A DNA stretch of 64,000 nucleotides, from contig CAVTIA010000012.1 in NCBI GenBank assembly GCA_963734635.1, positions 71,205-135,204 on the forward strand, read 5' to 3'. A program made the position numbers and the translations under genes. This stretch comes from an uncultured Acidobacteriota bacterium (GTDB lineage Bacteria > Acidobacteriota > Vicinamibacteria > Vicinamibacterales > UBA2999). Position 1 is the stretch's first letter; each line of letters begins with the position of its first letter. Shown in pieces: positions 20,341 to 30,361 of the stretch. The notes under the pieces were generated by a model. It did no database searches, was not told where the DNA came from, and saw only the letters and a list, made by a program, of their open reading frames with translations.

Positions 20341-22476
20341 CTAGAAACCTACCCGAATTTCCCCGACGACCTGCCGCTTCAGCACGTCGCCGAAGATGTG
20401 CTGCAAAACCTCTTCGTTGGTCAGGTTGGTAATCTTGATACTCGTCGTCACGCGATCGCCGGCCCATCGAACACCGAAGCCGGCATTCACCAGCGCAAAC
20501 GCGTCGGTCGTGCCTGCATAGCGGGCGTCGAGCACGTCCTGCCAGTACGCCTCATCTGTGTAATTCACGTTCAAGTTGCCGAGAAACCGCGCATAGCTGA
20601 AATCGAATCCCACGTTGAAGCGGTTCTTCGGCGGCCAGTTGATGTCGTTGATGGTGCTCGGCGGAGGAAGGTCCTCTGCAATCGGCTTGGCCTGATACGA
20701 ATAGTTCGCAAACACGTTCAGGTACCGGTTGACCGCGGTGTCTATTCCGGCCTCGAATCCCTTGTCCTTGATCCTGCCCAGATTCAGATAGGTGAACCGC
20801 GACGGCAGCAGGACCGGCGGATTGAGACTCGCCAGGGCTCCTACGATGACAGGCGGCAGGCCCGGCGGCGGAGCGGCTGTCGAATAGAACCGGTCCGGCG
20901 TAAAGAAAATACCGTCGTCGGTCACGTTGTAGTAGAAGGCCGCCGTGACGGTGGCGCGATTCCGTATCACACCGGTGTATCCCACCTCGTAGGCCGTCAT
21001 CGACTCCTGTTTCAGGTCCGGGTTTCCGACCGCGCGAATCGGGAACACGAACCTTGCGAGGGCCGGCGAGATGGCGCCCAGATTGATTTCGTTCAGAATC
21101 GCCGTATCAACGTGATTGTTGATGTACGACGGCGCGCGAAACGCGCGATTGAACGACACGCGGAACGTCTGCGCTGGGTCCGGCTTCACCATGAACGTCG
21201 TCCGCGGCGAGAACACCGGATCGTCTATCGACGAGAACTTGTCGAGACGGCCGCCGACGACCCAGCGGAAGCGGTTGCTGAGGAAAATCTCGTCCTGGAC
21301 GAATCCGCCCCCCTCGTTGCGATCGTCGCCAACGGGCGCAAGCGAAATGTCGAATACGTTGTGCCGGAAGTTCCCACCGTACGTCAGCACGTGCGTCGTT
21401 CCGATCGCCCGCACGTCAGACGCGTCGACGTCGAAGGTCTTCGTGTCGAAGTCGAGCGGCAGCGGTTGTCCGGAAAGGTTTCGGGCCAGCAGGTTCGACG
21501 CATTGCCGTTGAGAAGGTTCGTGAAGAACCCGATGCGGCGCCCGGCATTCTGATATCGCGTGCTCAGATAAACCATCCGCGTATCGCTGGAGATGTCGAA
21601 TGGCCCCAGTCCGTTGTGGATGAGGCCTTCGGTCCCGGCCACCCCACCACTCACGGTCACCGAGCCGCCGCCGGCGATGTCGTAATCAACGCGCGCGTCG
21701 AACTTCGGCTGCGACGTTCCCTGATTGGTGAACGCCGGATATTCCGTCCTGAATGCGTTGGGCATCGTGCCGACGGGACGGGGCAATGGATCCTGCGTGA
21801 AGTAGCCGGCCGACAGCTTGAATGCCCACCGCTCGTTGACCGCCTCAGCATGCGAGCCGTTGACGTAGAAAAGCGACCCGGTGTCCTGCTCCATCCCTGT
21901 GACATTACGGTTGAACGCGCCGATGCCGATCGTCAACGCCGTGCCGCCCGCGGCCGCCAGCTCGCGAGGGGTCTTGGTAATCACATTGACGACCCCGGTC
22001 ATCGCATTCGCGCCCCATACCGCTGACGCAGGCCCTCGGATGACTTCGATCTGCCGTATGTCGTGCGCACTGGTCGGCACGAGGTCCCACATCACCATGC
22101 CGAAGAAATCGAGATAGACACTCCGGCCGTCCACAAGCGTGAGCTGCGAGGTGGCCAATGTGGACGTCGCGCCCCGGGAGGTGATGTTGATGTCGCGAGC
22201 GGAAGTCTGCACCACGTTGACGCCTGGCACGGAGCGCAGAAGGTCGCCAACATTCGTGGCCGGCGAATTCTGAAGAGTCTGGGCGGTCACCAGGCTCACC
22301 GTCGCGGGGGCGTTGACCAGCTGCTGCTCGGATCGCGAAGCCGTGACGACGACCTGCTCCTCGAACGAGACCGGCGGTTGTTCTTCCTGTGGTGGCGGCG
22401 CCGGCGGCGTCTGCTGCGCGTGCACAGGCGAGGCAATCGCGAGTACAGCCAGCAGCAATGCGAAACGCATTGTCAT
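20341..22476 (-). CDS. TonB-dependent outer-membrane receptor
   Basis: GAAGGAGA RBS. Signal MTMRFALLLAVLAIASPVHAQQ. Plug region ..VVVTASRSEQQLVNAPATVSLVT... Long beta-barrel body. C-terminal ..EIRVGF. Confidence 0.85.
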   Translation of the reverse strand: MTMRFALLLAVLAIASPVHAQQTPPAPPPQEEQPPVSFEEQVVVTASRSEQQLVNAPATVSLVTAQTLQNSPATNVGDLLRSVPGVNVVQTSARDINITSRGATSTLATSQLTLVDGRSVYLDFFGMVMWDLVPTSAHDIRQIEVIRGPASAVWGANAMTGVVNVITKTPRELAAAGGTALTIGIGAFNRNVTGMEQDTGSLFYVNGSHAEAVNERWAFKLSAGYFTQDPLPRPVGTMPNAFRTEYPAFTNQGTSQPKFDARVDYDIAGGGSVTVSGGVAGTEGLIHNGLGPFDISSDTRMVYLSTRYQNAGRRIGFFTNLLNGNASNLLARNLSGQPLPLDFDTKTFDVDASDVRAIGTTHVLTYGGNFRHNVFDISLAPVGDDRNEGGGFVQDEIFLSNRFRWVVGGRLDKFSSIDDPVFSPRTTFMVKPDPAQTFRVSFNRAFRAPSYINNHVDTAILNEINLGAISPALARFVFPIRAVGNPDLKQESMTAYEVGYTGVIRNRATVTAAFYYNVTDDGIFFTPDRFYSTAAPPPGLPPVIVGALASLNPPVLLPSRFTYLNLGRIKDKGFEAGIDTAVNRYLNVFANYSYQAKPIAEDLPPPSTINDINWPPKNRFNVGFDFSYARFLGNLNVNYTDEAYWQDVLDARYAGTTDAFALVNAGFGVRWAGDRVTTSIKITNLTNEEVLQHIFGDVLKRQVVGEIRVGF

Positions 22477-22574
22477 GGGCTTGGTCTCCTTCGCAAACTG
22501 GTTCGGAAAAGCGCGCCTCATTGTGAGGCGTCAGACGAGTCAGCGCAAGCCTGCGTGGTATGATCGCGCGTTGT

Positions 22575-22651
<77 letters not shown>

Positions 22652-22772
22652 CTTTCAAGTGCAAAGTTTAAAGTGCAAAGTGAAAAGTAAGATGGCAAGT
22701 TCAGCCAACTCACTTCGAAACTTACTTTCTACTTTGCATTTTTCACTTTGAACTTTCCGCGTAAGTTTCCCT
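22652..22772. repeat. AT-rich 121-nt imperfect palindromic spacer between the two tRNA-Arg genes
   Basis: Left arm 22652..22691 (CTTTCAAGTGCAAAGTTTAAAGTGCAAAGTGAAAAGTAAG). Right arm 22721..22758 (CTTACTTTCTACTTTGCATTTTTCACTTTGAACTTTCC). Repeated CAAAGTG/CACTTTG units. Confidence 0.8.
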
Positions 22773-22849
<77 letters not shown>

Positions 22850-22877
22850 CACGTTCCGAGTGATTCGGAGACTCGCT

Positions 22878-25491
22878 TCATAACCCCGTCGTAACCCTCG
22901 TCGACGGCCTTCGTGAGCCAGCGCACGGCGTCGTCGTGACGGCCGAAGAATGGCAAGCGTGCTTCCAATGTGAAATTGCGCGTGATGCATGTGGGAAAGC
23001 CCGGTCGGGTTCTCCGCCGCAGGGGATGGCTGCGGCCATCGTGCGCTCGAGCGTCCTTCCCGACGGCCGAGTGCTGGCGTACGCGACTGCCGAGCAAGGC
23101 GAACGTGGACAGCGTCGGATTCCGGGTCGCCAACCTCCGTCTGACATCCACGGACGGAGCACTTCCACAGCGTTCCGACCGGTTGCCCGAGCGCAAGCAG
23201 ATGCGTCGAGCTCGGTATCGAGGCGCAAGAGACGAGTGCCATTCCGCTCCAGTTCATGGCGCACCTCCTCTAGCCGGCCGGCGTCGATGAGCGCGCTGGA
23301 GCCCTTCGGTTCGTCGACGCCGCAGCGCCTGGGGTCCAGCCGTTGCGCCTGCTCGTTCGCATCCACTGCCTTGTCCGTGAGTCCTATGTGGAGGTACACC
23401 TTTCCCAGTTCTATGTACGCTTCGGCCAGATTGGGATTGATTGAACAGGGCGCGCCGAAGGTCGGTGATGGCGCGCTCGTGGGGAAAACGGTTGCGCAGG
23501 TTCCACGTGAGCTGCGCACGCGCGAGATACGCCTCGGCTTGCGTCTGGATTGATCACAAGCGCCCGCTGGATATGGAGGAACGCCGTCTGCTCCAGGACG
23601 GGGTCGGTCGACGTCGTAGAAAAACCGCTGCGTGTACGCGCTGGCGAGCGCGGCGCCGCGCAAGCGCGAAGTTGGGATCACGAGCCGACCGCCCGTTCGA
23701 GCTCCTCGATGGCCGCCACTCGACCCGTCGCTCCAATCGGCCATGTTCGGCGTGGCGGATGAGCGTCCCTTGAGGTGCCAGATGCCGCGCAGATAGGCGT
23801 CGTACGCGTCGGATTCGTGGTGGCGAGCGACGGCGACGTCGCCGCCGGCTCCGCGCCGAACGTCCTGGCGAGCGTGGTGGCAATCTGCCGCGGAGATCGA
23901 TCATCCTGCGACGGTCCAGGACGTCGGTCAGCTCCCGGCTGTAGCGTTCGCTCCACAGCGCCGTGTCGTCGCGGGTGTCGACGAGGCTCACGTCGATTCG
24001 CACCATCCCGGCCGCGCGCTGCACAGCACCTCTGACGACCAGCTCGACACCAAGGTCGCGCGCGATGTCGCGGAGGCCGTCCTGTCCCGATAGGCGAAGG
24101 TGCTGCTCGACGCGATCACCCGCAGGCCTCCGACTCGCCCCAGCTCGGTCGTGACCGCCTCGGTAATGCCATCGGCGAAATATCGATCGCCCTCGCCAAT
24201 CGTCGTGAATGGAAGCACCGCGACTGATCGGAAGGTCAGACGTCACGGACGACCGAGGGGTCGGTCGCGAACGGCGGCGCCGTGCCCACGTACCACGTCA
24301 GCGCGCCGACGGCGATGAGCGCGACGAGCGACGTGACGACCGCCATCGCCCACGGCAGACGGACACGTGGTCGCGGTGGATCGACGATCGCGGTGTCCGC
24401 AGCCGTGCGAGCACTACCGCGGAGCGCGTCCTCGATCTCCATCCGCGCGTCCGCGATGTCGCGCAGCCGCCGCGTCGGATCCTTCTCGAGACAGCGCTGG
24501 AGCAGACGGCGAATGACCGGCGGCGTCGCACCCGGCAGCGTGTCCCACGCCGGCTCGCGCTCGAGGATGGCGGCGAGCGTGTCGGTCACGGTCGGACCGA
24601 GAAACAGGGCGCGACCAGTGAGCATTTCATGAAGCACACAGCCGAACGCCCAGATGTCGGTCCGCGTGTCGACCGTCAGACCGCGCGCCTGCTCCGGGCT
24701 CATATAGGCGGCCGTCCCGAGGATCACCCCTTCCCGCGTCCCACCCAGCGTGACCGTGGGTGAGCGCGACAGATCCGCCTCCGACCCGTCGCCGACGAAG
24801 ACCTTGGCGAGCCCGAAGTCGAGGACCTTTGACCGTCGCCATCCGGACGCAGTTTGATGTTGGCCGGCTTGAGGTCACGATGAATGACCCCCTGCTCGTG
24901 CGCGGCCGCGAGCGCCTCGCACATCTGTCGCGCGATCGTGAGAGCCTCACGCAGCGGGATGGGGCCTTGCGCGAGGCGATCCGCGAGCGTCGGCCCGTCG
25001 ACCAGCTCCAGCACCAACGCATGAATCCCGTCGGCGTCTTCGAAGCCGTAGATGGCGCCGATGTTGGGATGGTTGAGCGAGGCGAGGACCTGGGCCTCAC
25101 GTCTGAATCGCGCCAGGCGATCGGGATCGAGCGCGGAGAGTTCGGGAAGGACTTTGAGCGCGACGTCGCGGTTCAGCTGACTGTCCCGCGCGCGATAGAC
25201 CTCGCCCATCCCCCGGCCCCCAAGGGGCCGGTGATCTCGTACGGCCCGAGCCGCGTCCCCGCGGGGAATCGGCCTCGGCGTGGTCGGCGGTGTCGGCGGT
25301 GTCACTCCTCGTGCCGCACGCTCGAGAGACCCGTCGGTCGACACCGGCTGCACCAACAGTGACTCGATCTCCTCGCGCAACGTCGCGTCGCCGGCGCACA
25401 CCTCGTCCAGAAACGCCCCGCGCTCGTGCACCGGCCGCTCGTACGCCGCCTGATACAGCTCTTCGACCCGACGCCAGCGATCACCATGCAT
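22878..25491 (-). pseudogene. Ser/Thr protein kinase fused to a TolB-N-like domain and TPR region, shattered by many frameshifts
   Basis: Kinase (HRDLKPANIKL, then GTAAYMSPEQ in another frame). Then ..VLPFTTIGEGDRYFADGITEAVTTELGR.., ..DIARDLGVELVVRGAVQRAAGMVRIDVSLVD.., ..HESDAYDAYLRGIWHLKGRS.., ..INPNLAEAYIELGKVYLHIGLTDKAVDANEQAQRLDP... These pieces are spread over all three minus frames. Confidence 0.8.
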
Positions 25492-25520
25492 CGTGGTCCC
25501 TCGCGGTGGTGTCCTGCTTT

Positions 25521-26117
25521 CTATTTTTCGCGTGCTTCTTGCCCGGTGCCCTTACCGTCACGCAGCTCGCGCAACAGCCACGCTTTCGCGAGCCGCCAGT
25601 CGCGCTTCACGGTGTCGGGCGACACGTCGAACACCGCAGCGGTCTCCTCCACGCTCAGGCCGCCGAAGAATCTGAGCTCGATCATGCGGCTCTTGCGTTC
25701 GTCCACACGCGCCAGCGCCTCCAGTGCATCGTCGAGCGCCACCAGGTCGCGACCCGGTTCATTCGGGACGACGAGTGCGTCGTCCAGCGTGATCCTGGCA
25801 GCGCCGCCACCACGTTTGTCGCAACCCTTCGATCGCGCGTGGTCCACGAGGATTCGGCGCATCAACCGGGCGGCCATCGCGAGAAAGTGCGCGCGGTTCT
25901 GCCAGTTCATCTGCTGAACGTCGACGAGTCTCAGGTACGCCTCGTTGACGAGCGCGGTGGGCTGCAGGCTGTGACCACCACGTTCCTCACGCATGCATCG
26001 CCGGGCGATCTGCTGCAGCTCCAGGTGCACGAGGGGAATCATCCGGTTGAGGGCCGCCTCGTCGCCGTGTCCCCAGGCCACCAACAGTTGGGTGATCCCC
26101 GCGGGAGGGGTCGGCAT
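25521..26117 (-). CDS. ECF sigma factor of the kinase-associated type (TIGR02999-like)
   Basis: MPTPPAGITQLLVAWGHGDEAALNRMIPLV.., ..LVNEAYLRLV.., ..ELRFFGGLSVEETAAVFDVSPDTVKRDWRLAKAWL... Intact. The kinase pseudogene starts 30 nt downstream. Confidence 0.8.
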   Translation of the reverse strand: MPTPPAGITQLLVAWGHGDEAALNRMIPLVHLELQQIARRCMREERGGHSLQPTALVNEAYLRLVDVQQMNWQNRAHFLAMAARLMRRILVDHARSKGCDKRGGGAARITLDDALVVPNEPGRDLVALDDALEALARVDERKSRMIELRFFGGLSVEETAAVFDVSPDTVKRDWRLAKAWLLRELRDGKGTGQEAREK

Positions 26118-26161
26118 GCCCCATTCTAGGCCGCTTTCCCGCCGATTCACCTATTCCGCGT

Positions 26162-26195
26162 CGTTTTCCGCCTCTCGAGACAGAGGGGGAAAACG
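26162..26195 (+). promoter_or_regulatory. leader hairpin CGTTTTCC-N18-GGAAAACG covering the SD of the first HExxH gene
   Basis: Arms at 26162..26169 and 26188..26195. The purine-rich AGAGGGGGAAAA lies in the 3' arm. ATG at 26199. A conserved copy lies at 26844..26880. Confidence 0.5.
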
Positions 26196-26198
26196 GAC

Positions 26199-26744
26199 AT
26201 GGCGAACACGGCGCGAAACCTCACGGCCGGCCTTGCCTGCACGGTCACTCTGCGAGTGGTTGTCTGGGCTCTATGGGTCGGAATCTTCGCGGATTCGGCA
26301 GGAGCAGAACCCCAGGTGCTCCTCGACTTCGTCGATAGCGACAGTCGGTTCGCCGTGCAGGGCGCCGTCGACGGGGCCGCGGCCCGTCTCTCCCGCCAGA
26401 GTTGTCAGGAGGTGCTCTCTGACCTCGCCGACGAATCGGGTCAAAGCCTCCAGACAAGGCTTCTCGCCCGCGGCAGCAGTCCCGCCGCGGCTTTCGCGGC
26501 GTTGCGGTTCGTCGACAGCCATGCGGCACCGCAATGCACCGCTGGTACGACATTGGCCTTCACACAGACGGGCTCGGCGGTCATTCACGTCTGTGCAAGA
26601 CAGTTCATGAAGCGATCCATGCGGAATCGCATGACTGCCGAGATCATCGTGCTTCACGAGTTCCTGCATACGCTCGGACTCGGTGAGAATCCGCCTACCA
26701 GCCAGGCGATCACCGCACAGGTCACACTCCGGTGCGGTGGATAG
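26199..26744 (+). CDS. secreted HExxH-motif protein (putative small metalloprotease), paralog 1
   Basis: MANTARNL.. plus a hydrophobic N-terminus. C-terminal ..IIVLHEFLHTLGLGE.. zinc-binding-type motif. Confidence 0.55.
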   Translation: MANTARNLTAGLACTVTLRVVVWALWVGIFADSAGAEPQVLLDFVDSDSRFAVQGAVDGAAARLSRQSCQEVLSDLADESGQSLQTRLLARGSSPAAAFAALRFVDSHAAPQCTAGTTLAFTQTGSAVIHVCARQFMKRSMRNRMTAEIIVLHEFLHTLGLGENPPTSQAITAQVTLRCGG

Positions 26745-26882
26745 GAAACGCCGCGCTTCGCGTGGGCGTGCGCGCCATCGCGAAAAGTGCGCGCGGTTCT
26801 GCCCCATTCTCGGTCGCTTTCGGGCCGGTTCACCTTTTCACCGCCGTTTTCCGCCTCTCGATACAGGAGGGGGAAAACGGAC
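26745..26882. repeat. duplicated segment: about 30-nt internal fragment of the ECF sigma gene fused to a second copy of the divergent leader
   Basis: 26773..26802 matches 25873..25903 (GCCATCGCGA(G)AAAGTGCGCGCGGTTCTGCC). 26803..26882 is colinear with 26121..26198, including hairpin 26844..26852/26872..26880. Confidence 0.75.
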
Positions 26883-27470
26883 ATGGCGAACAAGGCACGA
26901 AGTTTCAGGACCGGACTTGCTGTGACGATCACTTTGTTCACTGCCGTTCAGACGTTCGCTGCTGGGGACCGACAAGCGACGCTCATCCTCCATGTCGAGG
27001 ACTATGCCCGCATCCCCGCCGCGGATCGCTCGCTGGCTGAGGCGGAGGTAACGCGGATTTACGCGACGGCCGGCGTGCGCACAATCTGGGCCACTGGGAA
27101 CGAAAACGCCAACGTTCCCGGGCTGCATGTGCGCGTGATCCTGTTTTCCCGCGATGTCGCCATTGGGGAGTTCGTCTCGGAACGCGTGCCCGACAGCGTG
27201 CTCGGTCTGGCGGCGCGCGCGGCGGGGCGAGCGTACATCTTCACGCACAGGATCGCCAACCTGGCGTTGCAGCAGGGCGACGACTTCCGGCTGGTTCTCG
27301 GACGGGTCATAGCGCATGAGGTGGGACATCTCGTCCTGCCCGAGTACAGCCACTCGGACCAGGGCATCATGCGCGCGAACGTCGGCGTTCGCTCGAAAAG
27401 CGACCGCGAGTTCACAACTGAGCAAGCCGCCGTGATCCGCTCGATACTCTTGGCCGCGCCCCTCCCGTAA
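26883..27470 (+). CDS. secreted HExxH-motif protein, paralog 2
   Basis: MANKARSF.. plus a signal-like segment ..ITLFTAVQTFAAG. ..VIAHEVGHLVLPEYSHSDQGIM.. motif. Confidence 0.55.
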   Translation: MANKARSFRTGLAVTITLFTAVQTFAAGDRQATLILHVEDYARIPAADRSLAEAEVTRIYATAGVRTIWATGNENANVPGLHVRVILFSRDVAIGEFVSERVPDSVLGLAARAAGRAYIFTHRIANLALQQGDDFRLVLGRVIAHEVGHLVLPEYSHSDQGIMRANVGVRSKSDREFTTEQAAVIRSILLAAPLP

Positions 27471-27969
27471 GCATCCGAGTCGGGCGCGCCACCCCCAAAG
27501 GGAATGTTAAATGGAGGTTCTGGTGCGGGGGCAGTTCTGCAAGAGGAATCCGCGACTCGAAAATCGATCGTTTCGCCCTGAGGCACGCACCGGTAAAACT
27601 TACCTGGTGCGATGAAGCCACCCCTCCCACATCCCATCCTCGGCCAGACGACCAACGACGCGGGCGTGCTAGGTCCCCGAAGGATGCGCAATCCGCTCGT
27701 CGAACTCGCGAAGGACTTCAGCCACGCTGGTGCCCACTCAGCGGCGTAGCAACGTAATTGCCAGTTTCTGCACACACAATCCTGTGCATTCGTTGCACAT
27801 TCTGTAAGCCACCGGTCCAATCTGCGCGCAAAATCACATCAAACTCAGCCGGATCAGGGCTCCGCGCAAGGCAAAGGACTTGCCGAGGTGGCCTGCTAGG
27901 GATTAGTGTCAGCATCTCGGCTCCCCAGCTAGTCAGAGTGGCGCGTTCCCAGAGAGATCTTTGGGGTTT

Positions 27970-30171
27970 ATGCGGGAATTTCTTCGAGGCGAGGTTCGAA
28001 CGCCGATTGCCTACGCGGCGGCCTTCGCTCTTATAGGCGTAGCGTGGCTGCTCTCACGGCCGGCCCCTCCGGCCACGCTCCCACACGTACCGCTGCTGCT
28101 ATTCGCCGCGGCGGTGCTGGCGAGCGGGGCGATCGGCGGCCAGGGTCCGGCTTTGCTTGCGGCCTGCCTCTCGGTGCTGATCACTGACTATTTCTTTCTT
28201 CCGATCACCGGCACGTGGAAATTCCCGGGCAGCGTGTCCGACGCAGCGGGATTCGCCGCCTTTGCGCTCTTGACTGCGCTCATAGTCTGGGTCGCCGGCA
28301 CGACGCGCCGCCGCGCCCTCGATGCAGCACGAGCCGACACACTCGCGATCACATTGGAAGTCGAGGCGCGCCATCGCCAAACGCTGCTCGAGCTGGGCGC
28401 ACGATCGCTCGCGGGCGGCAGCATCGACGCGATCTGTCGAGATGCAGCGACCGTGACCGCCGGTGCGCTGGAGGTCGAGCACTGCGCGATTCTTGAACTG
28501 AAGCGTGAGGGTGGTCCACTGGTGGTGGTCTCGGCGGCCGGGTGGGAAACCGGAACTGTGGAAGGACTCAACGTCGAAGCCGACGCCGACACCCAGACCG
28601 GTTACGCGTTGTACGCGCGCCAGCCTGTGATCGTCAACGATGCCGATTCCGACGCAAGGTTCAGCGTGCCGGCAATTCTGCGCGCCCACGGCGTGAGGAG
28701 CGGCATTGCGGCACGCATCGCGGGACTGCGCCGGCCGTTCGGCGTCGTCGCCGCGTGCTCGACGATGCCTCGAACCTTCACCGTCGAGGACGCGCAGTTC
28801 GTGTCAGGCGTGGCTGCGATCCTGGCGGCCATGTTCGAGCGCAAGCGCGTAGAGAACGAATGCGCGGAACTTGCCGCGCGCGAAAGAGCCAACCGCAAGG
28901 CTGCGGATCTGGCGGCCAGACGTGCCGCCTTCCTGGCGCAGACGGCCACCGTCTTCGATACAGCGCTCGAGCCCGAAGCCACCGTGGTGAGCCTTGCGCG
29001 GCTCGCGGTGCCGGCACTCGCTGAATGCGCCGTTGTGGATCTTGTGCACGAAGACGGCATCGTTCGCCGCGTGGACGTCGTCGATATAGACCCGAGCCGG
29101 CGCGAGATGACCCTCACTATCCGGCGTCAGGCGCCGAATTTGCGCACCGAGAGTCCATTTTCCAGGGCTATTCGCACCGGTCAGGCTGCACTGCTGACAC
29201 AGCTGCCTGAGCGCGAAAGCGGTGGTGGCGATGCGGACCACGAGCGGCTGATGAAGGACCTGCAGTGTCAGTCTCTTCTGCTCATCCCGCTCGTGGCGCG
29301 AGGCCAGACGCTGGGCCTCCTGACGCTCGCTTCAAGGGAACGACGCTACGACGCCGCGGACCTGGCACTTGCCCAGGAACTGACGGGGCGTGCGGCGATG
29401 GCGCTCGACAATGCACGTCTGTACCGCGAAGCGCAGGCAGCGAGCCGAGCCAAGGACGACTTCCTGGCCATTGTTTCACACGAGCTTCGTACGCCAATCA
29501 ACGCGGTGCTTGGCTGGGCGACGATGCTGAGGCGGCATCGACTGGACGAGTCGCGCGCCGAATATGCCTGCGACGCCATCGAGCACAGTGCCCGTGCCCA
29601 GGCGCAGCTGCTGGAACAGCTGCTCGATGTTTCACGCGCGATTGCGGGCAAGCTGGATCTGCATCTTGCGCCGGCGCACATGGCGGGCATCGTCGAGGCC
29701 GCGATCGACGCTGTGCGGCCCGATGCCGATGACAAGAAAGTGCGAATCTCGAGCCGCCTCGATCGCAGCATTCCGCTTCTCATCGTCGATCCCGAACGCC
29801 TCCAGCAGGTGGTCGTCAACATGGTGACCAATGCCGTGAAGTTCTCCGCAGAGGAAGGCGCCGTCCAGGTGGAGCTACGACGCGACGACCGGTTCGTGGA
29901 GATCGTGGTCGAGGATCACGGCGTCGGGATCAAGCGCGAGTTCCTTCCGTACGTGTTCGATCGGTTCCGACAGGCCGGCACGAAGTCCGACGTCAATCGC
30001 GGACTGGGGCTCGGGATGTCGATTGCGCGCGACATTGTCGAACGCCACGGCGGAACGATCACCGCGGACAGCGCCGGCGAAGGCAAGGGCGCCACATTCA
30101 CGGTGCGCCTGCCGGTGCGCAATAGTCCGGAAACCGCCGCTGTGCCAACGCGACTGAGCGCGACGGGATAG
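27970..30171 (+). CDS. sensor histidine kinase with membrane N-terminus and GAF domains
   Basis: N-terminal TM helices. H-box FLAIVSHELRTPINAV. N/G boxes ..MVTNAVKFS.., ..EDHGVGI.., ..GLGLGMSIARDIV... No response regulator is adjacent. Confidence 0.8.
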   Translation: MREFLRGEVRTPIAYAAAFALIGVAWLLSRPAPPATLPHVPLLLFAAAVLASGAIGGQGPALLAACLSVLITDYFFLPITGTWKFPGSVSDAAGFAAFALLTALIVWVAGTTRRRALDAARADTLAITLEVEARHRQTLLELGARSLAGGSIDAICRDAATVTAGALEVEHCAILELKREGGPLVVVSAAGWETGTVEGLNVEADADTQTGYALYARQPVIVNDADSDARFSVPAILRAHGVRSGIAARIAGLRRPFGVVAACSTMPRTFTVEDAQFVSGVAAILAAMFERKRVENECAELAARERANRKAADLAARRAAFLAQTATVFDTALEPEATVVSLARLAVPALAECAVVDLVHEDGIVRRVDVVDIDPSRREMTLTIRRQAPNLRTESPFSRAIRTGQAALLTQLPERESGGGDADHERLMKDLQCQSLLLIPLVARGQTLGLLTLASRERRYDAADLALAQELTGRAAMALDNARLYREAQAASRAKDDFLAIVSHELRTPINAVLGWATMLRRHRLDESRAEYACDAIEHSARAQAQLLEQLLDVSRAIAGKLDLHLAPAHMAGIVEAAIDAVRPDADDKKVRISSRLDRSIPLLIVDPERLQQVVVNMVTNAVKFSAEEGAVQVELRRDDRFVEIVVEDHGVGIKREFLPYVFDRFRQAGTKSDVNRGLGLGMSIARDIVERHGGTITADSAGEGKGATFTVRLPVRNSPETAAVPTRLSATG

Positions 30172-30227
30172 GCGGAGCCAAGTCACGGCCCACCCTCGCG
30201 ACATTGCGATAGAATGAAACGTTCAGC

Positions 30228-30303
30228 GGGCCGGTAGCTCAATTGGCAGAGCAGCAGACTCTTAATCTGCGGGTTGGGGGTTCGATTCCCCCCCGGCTCA
30301 CCA
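30228..30303 (+). tRNA. tRNA-Lys: tRNA-Lys (anticodon CTT)
   Basis: Acceptor GGGCCGG/CCGGCTC (one G-U pair). Anticodon stem-loop GCAGA-CTCTTAA-TCTGC. T-arm GGGGG-TTCGATT-CCCCC. Discriminator A plus CCA. Confidence 0.9.
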
Positions 30304-30333
30304 GATTTCTCTTCGGAAATTTGCGATTCCTGA

Positions 30334-30361
30334 GGCTCCTCCGAGGAGCCCTTTTCGTTTT
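30334..30361 (+). terminator. intrinsic terminator of tRNA-Lys
   Basis: GGCTCCT-CCG-AGGAGCC (30334..30350) followed by the T-rich CTTTTCGTTTT. Confidence 0.6.

Noticed and set aside
20398-22026. 542-aa plus-strand ORF opposite the TonB-dependent receptor
   Set aside because: Arg-rich and motif-free. The minus strand carries a complete receptor with RBS, signal peptide, plug and terminal Phe.
27059-27820. 253-aa minus-strand ORF covering the 3' half of the second HExxH gene and the 490-nt gap before the histidine kinase
   Set aside because: No motif, start context or signal. It overlaps a plus-strand gene with a clear RBS and HExxH motif. A short stretch (..VAEVLREFDERIAHPSG) might be another gene fragment, but it could not be supported.
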